Part shown: piece by piece, positions 24,747 to 39,833 of the stretch
Numbering within the stretch: the stretch's first letter is position 1
Layout of the letters: each line of letters opens with the position of its first letter
Assembly (NCBI RefSeq): GCF_006345805.1
Contig: NC_043000.1
Location: 145,018,001-145,082,000 of the forward strand
Origin: Octopus sinensis
Taxonomy: Eukaryota
DNA: 64,000 nt
Direction: 5' to 3'
Program-made: the position numbers and the translations under genes
The notes under the pieces: generated by a model
Databases searched by the model: none
The model's input: the letters and a program-made list of their open reading frames with translations, nothing else
What the model was told of the DNA's origin: nothing

Positions 24747-25419
24747 ATATATATATATATCAAATGTGACCTACCAGCTTGTGAGATGTTACACACCGCA
24801 TGTGAGAATTCGTTTTGCATTGTTTAACCTTCACATAACATCAACCCGCTGGCTCAGAAAGTAAACCAACAATCTCTCCTGATCAAAATGTGTACTGGTG
24901 CAATGTGAAATTTATTGTTTTTCTTAAGAACCCAATGCGCAGCTCAGTCAATGAGTTGAACACACGATCTAGTGATCGAGATTATGACTGACTTTTCCAT
25001 GCGTTAACATATACCTCCGTGCGTCTATGCAAGCTTTCATTTAATCAAGATAACCTTGGTCTGAAGTAGAGCGTGCGCTATACACTTCGGTTGAGTATTT
25101 ACCACTTTTGATGTTCCGCTCGCTATGAAATTTATGTAGCCCGGATCTTATCATTTACATTCCGTAAATCTTGTGTTTGTGTGTGTACACATATATATAT
25201 GTATATATATATATAGAAAAAGATGACAGAAGTAAAGAGACACGCCATAAAATATCGTTTTATGTTTATTCTAACTTGCAATGTTTTATATGTTTTATTA
25301 ATGGACATTTTAATGTTTCAGGTTCTATACGTGACTGTTTAATTATGCCATGTACAAAAGAAGCCTTGGATTGTCTGAATTTGAATGGGACCATATTTTG
25401 TGTTAATCTGAAGTGGGGA

Positions 25420-25960
25420 AGAGGTAAAATCGCAGGAAATCCTGGGATCCCTCTTTCTCCAGTTAATAGAGTGAGTGTGCAGTTGCCCAGAGAGAGGAAG
25501 ATGTCCACATCACCTCGCCCAGGCTGACTAGGGCTCTTTCACAGGACCCTTCTCTTTGTTAAGTGTAGTGTGAAGGATAATCCTCGTTGTAAGGCATCTG
25601 AACACCTTGATGCCAGACCCAGAACAGCTGTCAGGCATCTCAAGAAACTTGGTTACTATAGCAGAGCAGCAAGAAGGAAGTCACTAGCATTTTGGGACAC
25701 TGTCATATTCTCCAATAATTGCAGATTTGCAATATTTTCTAGCAGTGGCTGAGTGTGGGTCTGGTCTGGCGATTCTGTGATCAAGAATTAGAGTGAAAAG
25801 ATTGCAAACAACAATGGAACATGGCAGCTAGACTGTGATGGTCTGTGGAGCAATTTGGAGAGCAATGATTGTGTGAGGAAACATAAATAAGATAAATACA
25901 TGTCCATATTGCAGAAATGGAATCCTTCCAATGATCATAATATGATCATTGCATTTAAAC
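25420..25960 (+). mobile_element. Decayed Tc1-like transposase fragment
   Basis: VKDNPRCKAS..TAVRHLKKLGYYSRAARRK..FWDTVIFSNNCRF..TVMVCGAI resembles the Tc1 HTH and first catalytic block (W..VIFSDESKF). Confidence 0.7.
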
Positions 25961-26256
25961 ATGGAAGGGGCATGTCTACTAAATAACAAATATTCGCATC
26001 ATGTCAATTAACACATAATTTGAATGTATATAATTTCAGATTTAAATCAATTTCAACGATTATAAGGGTGCATGTTTATTTCTGTCATGTCTCTCTCTCT
26101 CTTTCGCTCTTTCTCTCTTTCTCTCTCTCTCTCTCTCTCCTCTCTATATATATATATATATATATAATATATATATATTATATATATATACATACATATA
26201 TACATATATACATACACACACATACATTCATATATATATATATATATATATATATA

Positions 26257-26598
26257 GGGGGAAAGAGTGACCTCCTTCGGTCATCAGTGACCATGGGATT
26301 GCACCTAGAAAGTTACTCTCTGATGCACAAGTCCGGGCAAGTTTGTTTTATACAAGACCTGCAGTCACCCATGCATACCAGCCTCCCCTCTCCACGCCAC
26401 CGACGTTTTGGAAAGGCAAAGGCCAATACAGCCTGGCACCACTGACGTCGCAACTCATTTCTACAGGTGAGTGAACGGGAGAAACGTGAATTAAAGTGTC
26501 TTGCTTAAGAACACAACGCGCAGCCCGATCTGGGAATCGAACTCACCACCTCATGATCGTAAGCTCGACGCTTTAACCATTGAGACATGTGCTTTCAC
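26257..26598 (-). mobile_element. tRNA-derived SINE, family D
   Basis: Minus-strand head GTGAAAGCACATGTCTCAATGGTTAAAGCG..GAGTTCGATTCCC (A and B boxes), then GTTGTGTTCTTAAGCAAGACACTT; single copy in this window. Confidence 0.7.
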
Positions 26599-26611
26599 AC
26601 ACACACGCGGG

Positions 26612-26667
<56 letters not shown>

Positions 26668-26961
26668 GGGAGAGAGAGAGAGAAAGAGAGAGAGAGAGAT
26701 GAACATACGTACATAGATACATTCACAGTTCACAGATGCATTGGGTGCGCTTCGTTTCATGTAGCGCAGTTCTTTTGTTCATTTAATGATATAAAAATAT
26801 TAGCATAAAACACATGGAAACTGCCTTTCGGAAACTGATACATGTGTTTTAAGTAATACTGCATATCTATTGTGACCGAAGCCAGATAACTAGTTTACTC
26901 GATGGAAGCTAAAGACACAGAGAAAATATTTGCGTCCTTTAACAGTATTCATACTCTCTTT

Positions 26962-27251
26962 CTCTTACTCTTTTACTCGTTTCAGTCATTTGACTGCGGC
27001 CATGCTGGAGCACCGCCTTTAATCGAGCAACTCGACCCCGGGACTTATTCTTTTGTAAGCCCAGTACTTATTCTATCGGTCTCCTTTTGCCGACCCGCTA
27101 AGTGACGGGGACATAAACACACCAGCATCGGATGTGAAGCAATGCTAGGGGGCTATAGCAGAAGACACTTGCCCAAGATGCCACGCAGTGGGACTGAACC
27201 CGGAACCATGCGGTTGGTTAGCAAGCTACTTACCACACAGCCACTCCTGCG
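26962..27251 (-). mobile_element. SINE family B with internal deletion
   Basis: Matches the head and tail of 51899-52312 but lacks the central microsatellite segment. Confidence 0.85.
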
Positions 27252-28489
27252 CCTCATATTTGCATTGTCTCTGTCGTTTTGCGGGATTCTAATAATGCAG
27301 CAAAAGAACATATTTTTTTTCTGCAAATCTCATTCGCAGAGAATTGTTACGATATGTTATCAGCTTTTGTTTACGGTGATGACTTCAAAATGAATTGTGC
27401 ATGTTTTGTTTTTTTTATCCGCATACACACTCAGCTATTCATTCAGATAGACTGATGCATTCTCCGTGCAGGTATTAAGATCAGTGACACAATATCATTA
27501 AAGCAAAGAGAAGTAGAGATTGAGAGAGAGAGAGGGGGGATTAAGAAAGAGATTTTCGTTGAGGTTGATGAGAGATGCCTTGAGAAATGATTCTTCCAAT
27601 GCAACTACAAGCAAGAAGGAGAGCTGAGGAGATTGGCAGGCGGAAGGAGGAACATAATAATAATGGTAGAATGGTAGAATGAACGTGAGAAATAAATCGG
27701 TGAGACAGAAGAGATTTTAGAAGAAGAGGGATGGGGGCAATGCTGCAGGGTTTATTCAAGAATCAAACTGAATGAATAAAACAAAAGGATGTGACAGCTA
27801 ACGCCATATCAGATTACAATGCGTATATACATAACAGGAAATAAAAGAGAGGTCAGACCGTAAACTGAACGATCAATCATGACTACAGAATTAAGTGTCA
27901 TTCAATTAAAGAATGTTTTTATTCACTTGAAGATCCCTGGCTATAGGAAATCAACTTGAGGTTTTGAAAATGATATCGAACAAGAATTTCCACTCAATCA
28001 ATCATGTAAATAAAGGTCTGTATAGAAGTATGCCTCTTTATATATGCGTGAATCCCTTCATATAGTATATATGTTGCTTTGTGTGTCTGCGTGTGTTTTC
28101 AGTAGGAATATGTGCGCGGTTGTATGAAATGAAGAGAGGAAGTATGTATATGAGAATGAGAAGATTGTGAGTTGAAATGAATTATTTCCGTATTAAATAT
28201 TTAGCAATGATTTACTTTTCGAAATAAATCTTAAATTGCAGAGAATACGTGAACGTGGGTGTGGGTATGCAACGGACACATTGACAATGTAATATCTGTG
28301 TGAGCAGGTGTATATTAACTAACAAATTGTATCATTTTATGTTATTTTATATGTATATATATATATATAAGTTGCTAGAAATGCTGTTATTTTCTTATAT
28401 ATACGTGTGTGTCTACCTGCCTATCAACCTATTTCTCTCTCTTTCGCTCTCACTCTTTCTATCTCTCTCTCTCTCCTCTCTCTCTCTGC

Positions 28490-28521
<32 letters not shown>

Positions 28522-28525
28522 TATA

Positions 28526-28610
<85 letters not shown>

Positions 28611-30090
28611 TATACGCATACACACACACACCTGTACATAAGCACGTATACGTGTATTTATCGTTGTGTGTACCTAAACGTATTTCCATATATAGTAGCA
28701 AACTTGGAGTTACATCACCAATACACAGAAGTGTCTAAACTTAGACTTGTAGACATTTGACCTGTCTGCTACTGCAATGACCTATCCCCAAATTTTAAAC
28801 TCTCTCTAGTAATATCAATTAACTGCTGTCATTCAAACCACTAGAAGATCAACACCAATAATTCAACCTTGTACCGATAATTTAAATTAACTCCATTTAC
28901 AAGGTAAATACGAGTAGAGTTAATAAATCCCGCAATCCGTTCCACACTCCCTAATGTCTTTATTTATATCATTTTTTTCTTAAACACTCAACATACTCCG
29001 AAGCACACTCTTGTAAAACCTGCAAACTACAGACGTAAATATCCCAGCTTCGGTAGACACTGCATAAACTGTGAATATATATGTACTTGCTTGTTTCTAT
29101 GTGCCTGTGTGTGTGTGCATGCGTATGTTATTGCTAACTTATGAATGTTTCTTGGTGCCATTCAGTTTTTCAGATCCTACAATTATTTACGTCTCTCGTG
29201 AATTTCCACGTACATACCATAATTAAAACTTCATCATAAAACCTTTCCGTTCTTTTACAGTGTGAGAATATAATTAATCCTTCACTAATTGCAGAATTGT
29301 CTACGCATATGAGTTGTAATTATAGTAATGCATAGCATTGAACGTAAATTAGTAATGGCGCTATTGATTAAACAGTCACACGATCAAATTCATTCCATGA
29401 TATAATTCTGTACATCGCAGGTTTAGATAGCTGTCCATATGTATATCATTCAGGAGATAACTCGCACTGATGTCAGAAGCCAATGATTGCAAGGGAAATG
29501 CAGGCTATGTTCTAAGGAATGCACGTGTTTTAGTTATAAACAAATGAAACAAACGTTTAAGAATATCTGATTTTAATAGGAAGCAAAGAGTATAGTTTAC
29601 AGAGACCAATCATTCTGTAAAAGTATGATATGTAATCTATTTTATGATTTTGTTCTCCTGCAATATAAATTGAAATGTAAACTCATGCACTTGTTATTTA
29701 ATCCAACAGAACTATATTCTCACTCGTGTAACTGGAAGAAACTCAGCAACATTCTGTCACAAATGTTCTTTTAAAGTGAAATGTAAACTTTTATAAGTTT
29801 TTTTTCCCTATTTGGCTATTTATTAAGCTTCAACTTAGAAACTGAGATTTCCATTTTCACAGAAAATGCCTATTTTCCCATACCAAAAATTCTCGTAACA
29901 TTTCAAGATGATTATTCACCCTACTTTCTAAGATTTGTCGTATATTGTCACAATATGAACTGTAATTACACACACCATCCATTATAATACATGTATATTA
30001 TGTTTCTTTCTCTTTTCAGTACTCATCAACTCGTGCTTCTACAAAATTTCATCTGATCAGTAATGCTATATTAGAAGTAACTAGTCTGTA

Positions 30091-30688
30091 AAAGGCGGCG
30101 AATTAGCTGAAACGTTAGCATGCCGGGCGAAATGCTTAGCGGTAATTCGTCTGCCGCTACGTTCTGAGATCGAATTCTGCCGAGGTCGACATTGCCTTTC
30201 ATCCTTTCGGGGTGGATTAAATAAGTACCAGTTGCACACTGGTGTCGATGTAATTGACTTAATCCGTTTGTCTGTCCTTGTTTATCCCCTCTGTGTTTAG
30301 CCCTTTGTGGGTAGTAAAGAAATGAGTATTTCGTCTGCCGCTACGTTCTGAGTTCAAATTCTGCCGAGGTCGGCTTTGTATTTCATCCTTTCGGGGTCGA
30401 TAAATTAAGTACCAGTTGCACACTGGTGTCGATGTAATCGACTTATTCCGTTTCTCTGTCCTTGTTTGTCCCCTCTGTGTTTAGCCCTTTGTGGGTAGTA
30501 AAGAAATAAGTATTTCGTCTGCCGCTACGTTCTGAGTTCAAATTCTGCCGAGGTCGGCTTTGTATTTCATCCTTTCGGGGTCAATAAATTAATTACCAGT
30601 TACGCACTGAGGTCGATGAAATCGACTTAGTCCCTTTGTCTGTTCTTGTTTGTCCCCTCTATGTTTAGCCCCTTGTGGGCAATAGAAA
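30091..30688 (+). mobile_element. SINE family A with a triplicated body of about 180 bp
   Basis: One head followed by three tandem units beginning (G)TATTTCGTCTGCCGCTACGTTCTGAG. Confidence 0.9.
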
Positions 30689-32924
30689 TTTGTTTTTAAA
30701 TAACTAGTCTGTTTTATTACTACCTTCCATTTTTCTGCGGTAATATCACATTGAATACCGAGTACACTGATGGGAAAATATAATCCTACTTTCACGCAGG
30801 TGTTCCAACTCCTTACGAGAGGCCTGCTCCTACTATATAATCTGCTTCTCAGTTATCCTATATTTACGCTCAAAGCGTGTATTTATAGTTTTATTTTACT
30901 CCATCTTGAACGACAATATATTTCTAATGTTGTATACTCCTATGATTGATGCAACATGGAAATCTGCCGCACACGTTTGCTACTTCGTAGAAATGACTTG
31001 TGCATCAATGCTTTCTGGTTTACTACAAGTTATTTAATTCCAATTTGTTGGAACATAACTACAGGTTACGTGGTGAATATTCAGGAGATGAGACATTTAT
31101 TAAGTGAAGAAAAGGGTTGCCTTGTAAATTATTCCTTGCAGTGTACATAATTGGATATCTTATATCGAACACGTGAAGTCTGATATTAAGCAGAAGAGAG
31201 AACTAAAAAAAAACTCTCATATCTACAGACATTCGACATCCAAAAGTAAATGAAATTATTTAAGAGAGATGCAGTGTATGGTAATAGCTTCATATGTTAC
31301 AATGGTCTTCTTAGTTGATTGGTGTAAATGATTATACGAAAAAGAAAAGCGTTACTTTTTGTTAAGGCTGGAAGGAAAACGTCATCTGTTCAAATTAAAT
31401 ATAAGTTACTTTTTAAGGCTTCCTTCCATATTGTTCGAAAGATTATACGGTATTAGACCTAATTTCGGATGCTTTCCGTTATATATGACTCGGCCTTTAG
31501 AGAAAATTTCAAGTAATCACTAAATCGGATTAATCTTCCTTCTAATTGTCACGTATCTTTTACTTGTTTCAGTCATTGAACCGCAGTCATGCTGTTGCAA
31601 AGCCTTGTACTATATAGTGAGCAAAAATAATTATGCATATATTTCTTGCAGATGAAGTTGTTTGCATGCGTACCCTCGGAAATTGCAGCAAACCTCTGCC
31701 GAAAAGCTCAAGTTTTCCTTTATACTGTACAGTTTCGATTGTGGGTAGGCGATTATGCGAAGGGAAGAAACTGTTCTATTCAAAGGTGAAGCAGAAGTCT
31801 AATGATTCTATGAAGGTGTTAGTAGTTTTGCTTCTATTCTGAACCATGCTGCTCAAACTACTGTTGGTAACTCTTGGGTTGATAATGAATTAATTGTCAT
31901 GAATTTATTTGCGTAGGTCAACAGCTATAATTTTCGAACTGAATTATTTGATGGTTTATTGTTGGAATTCAATAATCTTAACTTATTTCATATTTTTAAA
32001 ATGCTTGGATCCCTGAAATTACGCCATGCTTGAGAACCCTCCGTTTATTGAAAGCAACGAAATCCTACTTTAAATTTTAGGAAACAGCCCTGAGAACCCT
32101 AACTTATATAATTTTGAAAATCTATTTAAGAAGCTGATTTCTTATTCAACATTTTCAATAACTTCTAACTACCATTCAGATACAGAGATTCTAACAAACT
32201 ACCTCTAAGATACCGGCTATGTCATCTAAGGAAGCGGCCCCTGGACAACAATTAACGTCTATTATAACGCTAAATAATAGCAGTAGGAATATAAGAACAT
32301 TTTTATAAATGAATTTAGAAGCGCCGAGTGATTTGGTATTTTACAAAAAAAACAAATCAATAAACCAGCTTACAAGAATGGGTAAATAACTTAGAAAGCA
32401 GAATAAGTAGCGAAGGGCGGCTATAGGAAATCGAAGCATATACCTCTCAGATACCGACTGATATTCTACGTTAGAGTTACACTTTATATTCTATAAAATA
32501 CCGGCGTCTCTAAGTGTTCTCACATTTGAAAAAGCTATTATTTAACGTTATTATAGAGGCTACTTGTTTTCATGAGTCGCTTAATTTGATGATTCACTAT
32601 GCTCAGCCAGTATCTAAGAAATAGAGGGCTCGATTCCCTTTAAATATCTACTGGCTATTTTTTACCGTATTCTGAGGATACCTACAACTATTCTGCGTTC
32701 GAGATTTACTTAGTTTTTTCTGTAAAATACCAGTTATCTTGGCGCTTTTATGATAGATAGATATTTTTCTTTATTAGCGACGCAGACGTGAACACAGATG
32801 GGACAAATTACAAAGTAGAGCTGGGGGGAGAGAATTGGGGTAGGTTTTCGATCAAAAGGGATCGTAAAACGGAAAGAAAAATAACAAAAGAAAAAAAGCA
32901 AACGATCAATAGGGATCATGTATC

Positions 32925-32982
32925 ACAGATAGATAGATAGATAGACAGATAGGTAGGTAGGTAGGTAGGTAGGTAGGTAGAC

Positions 32983-33074
<92 letters not shown>

Positions 33075-33090
33075 GGGTAGGTAGGTAGTT
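32925..33090. repeat. (GATA)n/(GGTA)n tetranucleotide microsatellite
   Basis: Direct reading. Confidence 0.95.
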
Positions 33091-33623
33091 AGATGTGCGC
33101 ATGAGTGAAACCCAATAACAGGAGGTGATAAGGGAGCTATGGAATTCCAATGATGATGATGATGAGGATGATGATGAAGATGACACAAAAACGACAATGA
33201 GGACGAATGTCAATATGACGACGAAAACAAGGGCCATATTCACAATAACATGCCAGTGAAAATTTCGATCTACTTATAACGATTAATCTGTTCTAAATTT
33301 GATTCTGCTCTTCTGTTCAGAACTGACTTCCGTAAATCTGAAGTACGGTGAAATACTTGCTTCAAAATTTAAGTTTCATTTTACTGAAATGTGATTAACT
33401 CTGTAATCAAATGAATAAATGCTATAGAATAATATCGGCTTTCTTTAATTGCACATGTATTTCTAATTATCTTAATAATGATTAATACCTTAAGCATATT
33501 AATCATGATTTGACTTTTAATACGTAGCATGCATTATCAACATTACTAATTACATTTTTTTATATGTTCTAGATATATTATTCATCAATTATTAATATTT
33601 AGAAACATTTGAATTTATTACTA

Positions 33624-34024
33624 TCTTTTACCTGTTTCAGTCATTTTACCTGCGGCCATGCTGGAGCATCGCCTTTAGTCGATCAAATCGATCCCGGATC
33701 TTATTCTTTTGTAAGCCCAGTACTTATTCTATCGTCTCTTTTGCCGATCCGCTAAGTGACGGGGACGAAAACACACCAGCATCGTTTGTGAAGCAATGCT
33801 AGGGGGACAAACACAGACACACAACCACACACATACCTATATATATATATATATACATATATACGACAGACGTCTTTCAGTTTCCGTCTACCAAATCCAC
33901 TCACAAGGCATTGATCGGCCAGGGGCTATAGCAGAAGACACTTGCCCAAGATGCCACGCAGTGGGACTGAACCCGGAACTATGTGGTTGGTTAGCAAGCT
34001 ACTTACCACACAGCCACTCCTGCG
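33624..34024 (-). mobile_element. SINE family B, full length
   Basis: Head CGCAGGAGTGGCTGTGTGGTAAGTAGC..GGGTTCAGTCCC, internal TA/CA microsatellite and conserved tail. Confidence 0.9.
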
Positions 34025-34252
34025 CCTAATATTGTCTAATATTTCAGTACAATTTGTTATTACTAACTTATGTATGTTCAGTCACATTGCCTTCGTTTCG
34101 TTGCCATACAAAAGATAGAGGTAGTGATGAAAAAATTAGCAATATATGAAATATATATTAATAACATGCTCATCGTGAATGTCCAGTGACTGAAACCTGA
34201 TATATGAAATGAATAAATTTCTTTAAATTTACAGTGAAATTATTCTGATATT

Positions 34253-34637
34253 GATGGAAGCACTCCATCGGTTACGAAGACGAGGGTCCCGGTTGATCCG
34301 ATCAACGGAACAGCCTGCTCGTGAAATTAACGTGTAAGTGGCTGTGCACTCCACAGACACGTGTACCCTTAACGTAGTTCTCGGGGATATTCAGCGTGAC
34401 ACAGAGAGTGACAAGGCCGGCCCTTTGAAATACAGGTACAACAGAAACAGGAAGTAAGAGTGAGAGAAAGTTGTGGTGAAAGAGTACAGCAGGGATCACC
34501 ACCATCCCCTGCCGGAGCCTCGTGGAGATTTAGGTGTTTTCGCTCAATAACACTCGCAACGCCCGGTCTGGAAATCGAAACCGCGATCCTACGATCGCGA
34601 GTCCGCTGCCCTAACCACTGGGCCATTGCGCCTCCAC
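34253..34637 (-). mobile_element. tRNA-derived SINE, family C
   Basis: Head GTGGAGGCGCAATGGCCCAGTGGTTAGGGCAGCGG..GGTTTCGATTTCC; a sister copy at 57971-58358 has the same ends. Confidence 0.9.
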
Positions 34638-35227
34638 ATTCTGATATTATCCATACCATTACTGTTGCACACAAGAATTTTAATTTTTGTCAGTTTGTTA
34701 CAGTTAATTATTGAAATCATCATTTGGCAGATAGCTTACAAATATCTTGTTTCCATAGCAGTATATGCATGCGGATTCATCTTCAATGAGCATTTATAAA
34801 TCAGTTAACTGTACGTGCATGTGTGTTTGTCAATGAATGTGTGCGCTTGTGTAGTGTGCGTGAGTGTGTGTTTGCTGGTGCGATGCTGTGTATAATCCAA
34901 CCATTTTACTTCTTGTAATATGAACAGAAGTATATGTCTTCTGACCGTAAGCGAATCACCTGCTAACATTCTATGCTTTATTTGTCTTTTCTTCTTAAAT
35001 AGTTATTTAATGTGTTACTACAACTTCGTAATTTATATTTCATATTTGTATTATATAAAGCTGTTCAATATAGCCCCGTAAATTGTAATTAATTCCGTAC
35101 GTTCCAGCGCGCAAACAATAAAGACTCTTGTTCACAGTGAAGAATGACTCAGGTTATGCAATTTGTCACTGTTGGTGATGATCATTTTCCATCCAGTTTG
35201 GATTTGAGCATATGTTATGACGATGAC

Positions 35228-35270
<43 letters not shown>

Positions 35271-35357
35271 TATATATATATATATATATATATGCATAGA
35301 CTGTATGCACTGTATGTGTGTGTGAATACATACACACACACACACACACACACACAG

Positions 35358-35400
<43 letters not shown>

Positions 35401-35650
35401 CAACAATACAAAGTTGAAGGGGATAAATGTTTTTATTTCTCCTTTAGTTTCAGAATTACTACTATTTTGCGGTTTGAGTTTAGCTGCTCTTTCAAGTGAG
35501 TTGAACGGCCTGTCAGGGTCATTCCTTAATACTATTGTTGAATATATTATATACTGTGTGACTATTTCTACTTTCTCACTTGACTGCTGGTTGCAGAAAA
35601 TTTTTCTTGAATTTTTCTTGAATTTTTGTTGTTGCTACCTTTATATTGAT

Positions 35651-35710
<60 letters not shown>

Positions 35711-35744
35711 TATATATGTATGTATGTGTGTGTGTGTGTGTGTG

Positions 35745-35860
35745 TTATTGAAATTTACAGAAAAACAAAAGATTGTTGTATGAACAATAAGCAGATATAT
35801 TAGTTTGAGGCTCGGGAAAGTGAGAATGTCTTTTGCGTTTCGAGCCTACGATCTTTACAT
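35745..35860 (-). mobile_element. Truncated relative of the 10580/24570 HHR element
   Basis: Minus strand ..AAGATCGTAGGCTCGAAACGCAAAAGAC.. keeps the helix II loop, GAAA and AAAGA, but the CUGNNGA box is lost; the tail ends at (CA)n. Confidence 0.6.
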
Positions 35861-35874
35861 ATGTGTGTGTGTGT

Positions 35875-35923
<49 letters not shown>

Positions 35924-36394
35924 TGTGTAAAATAAAGATTCGACCTGTTTCCAACGAAATTTTTAATTCCTTAATTAGTACATTATATCATTATAAAAAT
36001 CGTCTTCTTGAGATGACTACACGAACTAACAATTCAGTACACTGAGAAATAATTTTAAAACGACGACATGTGCATATGTCATGGTTACACAATCAACATT
36101 GCCCGTAAAACGAGTTTGCCAAATCAAAACATATCAAATTAAAGTGGTTTCGTAGGAGTTCACGGCACTAAAACATATGTGGGAAAGATGTTTTAAGATA
36201 CAACGTCTTGAAGTGGGTCAGATAGTATGGTTGGGAGAGAGCAGACAGCCGAAAGGCTTCTCTCCACAATTCAGAAAGAGATAGTTCCTTTTATCTTATG
36301 ATACAATCCATCTAGAGTTATGGGGTTAAGTGAAAATACAGGATTCACATTAACTTATAAATTCATTACTAATAGTAATGTTTCATGGAGAGAT

Positions 36395-37284
36395 AAATAC
36401 TATCGATGGCGGTCAGTTAAAGAACGCCATTCAGAAAGGTCCTCGTAAAACCACTCTAGAACTGGTAAAATAACGTCAGGCTAACCAGAAAACTGCATAC
36501 CGCCATTTGCATGCGATCGGAAAATCAAAAAGCTCGACAAATGGGTACCATATGATTTAAATGTGCAGGTGTAATATTTTCTCGTCTCTTCCTCTCCGTA
36601 ACCAGAACGATCCATTTCTCGACCGTAATGTAACTTGCGTTGAAAAGCGGATGCTGTACAATTATAAAAAAAGCGTTCTTCGCAGTAGTTGGACCAGAAT
36701 GATGCACCGAAAATCTTCCCTAAACCCGAGCTCTTCAAAAATAAGGTTATGGAATCTGTTTCGTGTTGCTGGACTCATCTTCTGTAACTTCTTAATACCC
36801 AGAAAAACCACTACTACAGAAATATATTGCCATGAAATTTCCAAAATGAACGAAAAACTTCTGCTCCCCCGTCCCAGACTGGTCAACAAAAGAGGGCTCA
36901 TCATTCTTCATGACAATGCTCAACCACACGTTTCACTAATGACGCTCCAGAAGTTGAGGTAACTTGGCTACGAAGTTCTTCCCCAACTAGCTTATTCCCC
37001 AGAACTTTCACCTGCTCACTACAAATTTTTCAAGCACCTTGATGGTTTCCTGTGACAGAAGGAGTTCAAAAATCAAACCGATGCTAAAAGTGCGTTCAAA
37101 GAGTTCATCATCTCCAGAACTCTATATTTTTGTATTACCGGAATTAGCAAAATTGTAATTCGTTTGCAAAAATGTGATGATAACAATGCTTCTTACTTTG
37201 ACAAAAAAAAATTCCTGCTTTGTTGAAATATATTGTGATGAATTTCATCTTTCAAAACGTTGTTTAATTTTTATTCCGTCTGAT
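36395..37284 (+). mobile_element. Decayed mariner transposon (DD34D type)
   Basis: KLDKWVPYDL, LHDNAQPHVS, LGYEVLPQLAYSPELSPAHYKFFKHL. Confidence 0.88.
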
Positions 37285-39599
37285 AGTACAATGGAAATAA
37301 GATAAATCAAATGTGGTATAACAGGATGCAGTACAATAGCAGGTAATGGTTATATTGTATATAGAATGGCACGAAAATATAATACACAAACGCCATAGAT
37401 ATGATCGTTCAATGTTGATCGTAGGGAGAAGCTCTAACTAGTACTAAAGTATAAATCAATTGCATTATTCATTCTAGCCAGTTAGCCTCTTGCTACTTTG
37501 GAGTGTTGCTTACGTACATTATCTGATATTCCATATTATGTAATATATTACAATATAATATAATATATGTGGGTCTCGTGGAAATTCCATGGAATGGAAA
37601 AAATGAAGAGGACCTACTTAAGAAAGAAAAGATGATTTGAATTTTTATAGCATTCATTCTTTAGCTTTCTTTAAATATTCTTGGCGTTCGTCTGCATTCA
37701 GTTCCTCACACCTCCATAAATGTTGTCTTTTTCTTCTCCTTACCATATTTTCTCGCAGTTCCTCCCTGATCCATGCACTGTATCTGCGCATCCTATTCTC
37801 AGGCAACTTGCGACCGTGTTGCTTGCGAATCCAGAGGTTCGGTTAAATTAACCCTTACAAAGAAATATCATTCTTTTAAAATGAGCAGAGGATAAATAAT
37901 TCCGTTTATGCGTATGAGTAATTTAATTTGAAAAAAAAATTCATTATCATCTCGCCACCACCACATCTATCAGACCCCTCTGTCCCCCACCTCTCTCTCT
38001 CTCTCTCTTTCTCTCTCTCAAAATAATTGCTTCGCATGTCCATCTCTCTATATTTACCTTTCTCTTCAGCTAAATTTTTAACCACATAATAAGTATTCAT
38101 TCCCCGGCCCACCACACATCGTTAGCAACTCTCTTTCCCTCGTTCTTCGCCTCTAGCTTCAGCTGACCATGTGACGTTTTGGCACTGAGTGTATCAATTT
38201 CAATCCCCTTTTTGCAAATCTTTTCTTTCGTCACTCCTCCCCTTTCTCACTCTCACTCTTGCTCCACCTCTCATTCACTCAACCCCCACTTCTCTTACTA
38301 ACTAATATATTGGACGAGCGATGAAGCAGATGTTTATATAGATAATATAATATTATATCATGTTATATTACGTTATGTTGTATATTACGTTATGCCACAT
38401 TATATTATATTACGTTATGTTACATTATATTATAATCATGAATTTATAGTCGATATAACTGGATATTATCACGATTCAAATTAATAGTGGTGTAAATATT
38501 CGCCATGTTGTTTTCGAATCCTTGATGTTGTCCAGTACTAAAAAAAGAGTCCGAACCAAAAAGATTTGCACTGAAGACAATTCAATGCTGATAAATAATG
38601 TACAACACAATAACGAGTTTATTTGTTATTTTCGAAAAAAAGTAAAATATGAGAAGCGTCAATCTGGAATTATTTATATTATTGGCAAATGATATTTTCT
38701 TACGAACGTGAAACAATAGACGCTAATTATAAACAAACATAATTTTATTGAAATATTTGAATTAATAAATACCTGAGAGCAAATTTGATATGAATAAAAC
38801 GTCTAAAGTTTTGCGATATTTATATTCTACTGTTGTGGTAAGTTATATGTAAGCTATTTAATTATATATTTTTGCAGTTGGATAATATATGAAGAGAAAA
38901 CTTCTGCAGTATGACAATGCCGGAGATCATGAATACCAAGTTGAGCATCATCAACACCTCAACCACAACAACAACAACCACCACTATCATCATCATCGTC
39001 GTCGTCGTCGTCCTCGTCATCATCAACAAAAACAATTTGCATGTAATTTAAATTTCTCTGGGGTCATTAAAATAATCGGCTGTGATGCAATTTTGTTGAT
39101 TATTTCCCATCGCCAAAGAAACCGCTGATGTATATACAGCTTTCGAAATTCTATTGTTATTCAAATTGATGTTGTTGTCAGATCGTTTTATTGTATTATA
39201 TTGTTGGTTCCCGAAGCATAACTCCCAGTTTTTTACAGTTTCAAATTTCAGTTATTATTTCAAGCTCTAGAGAATTAAATTTCTTCTTTCGGAGCACCTT
39301 TCAAAACCCTCTATTGCCCAGTATGTTGAGTCATGGGAAAATTGAGAAAAGTGGATATATTTTTGTATAGATGTAAAGCGGGATGACAAATGCAATACAA
39401 AGCTGACTGATATGTATATTTAGTATTGCAAATGTAATTATATACGGTTTCAAGCATGTAAAAAGCTATTTATAAAGCATAGAAAATTCATCTATCCCGG
39501 AATGTATCTAAGTGAAAGTGAATTACTTCAGAAAAGGAAAAGCATACAACTATTTTGGAACACTGGAAAACATGATTAAGTATGAGACCCTCAGTTGGC

Positions 39600-39745
39600 T
39601 CAGTAGCAGGTACGCCGGGCATCTAGCGGAATCTCGTCCGTCCTTACCTTCTCTGTTGAAATTCATTTTAGATTCAATAAAATATGAACCGTTCGATCTC
39701 TAGGGTCGGTGTAATTGATTTATGCCGCACCCCACCCCGAAATTT
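39600..39745 (+). mobile_element. Highly diverged SINE family A remnant
   Basis: TAGCAGGTACGCCGGGC..CTAGCGG and GGGTCGGTGTAATTGA blocks resemble family A. Confidence 0.5.
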
Positions 39746-39774
39746 CTAACATAATGCCAATATTTGGAGAACCA

Positions 39775-39778
39775 TTAA

Positions 39779-39833
<55 letters not shown>

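Noticed and set aside
34560-34637. tRNA-like heads of SINE families A-D as tRNA genes
   Set aside because: No complete cloverleaf, and they are fused to repeated SINE bodies
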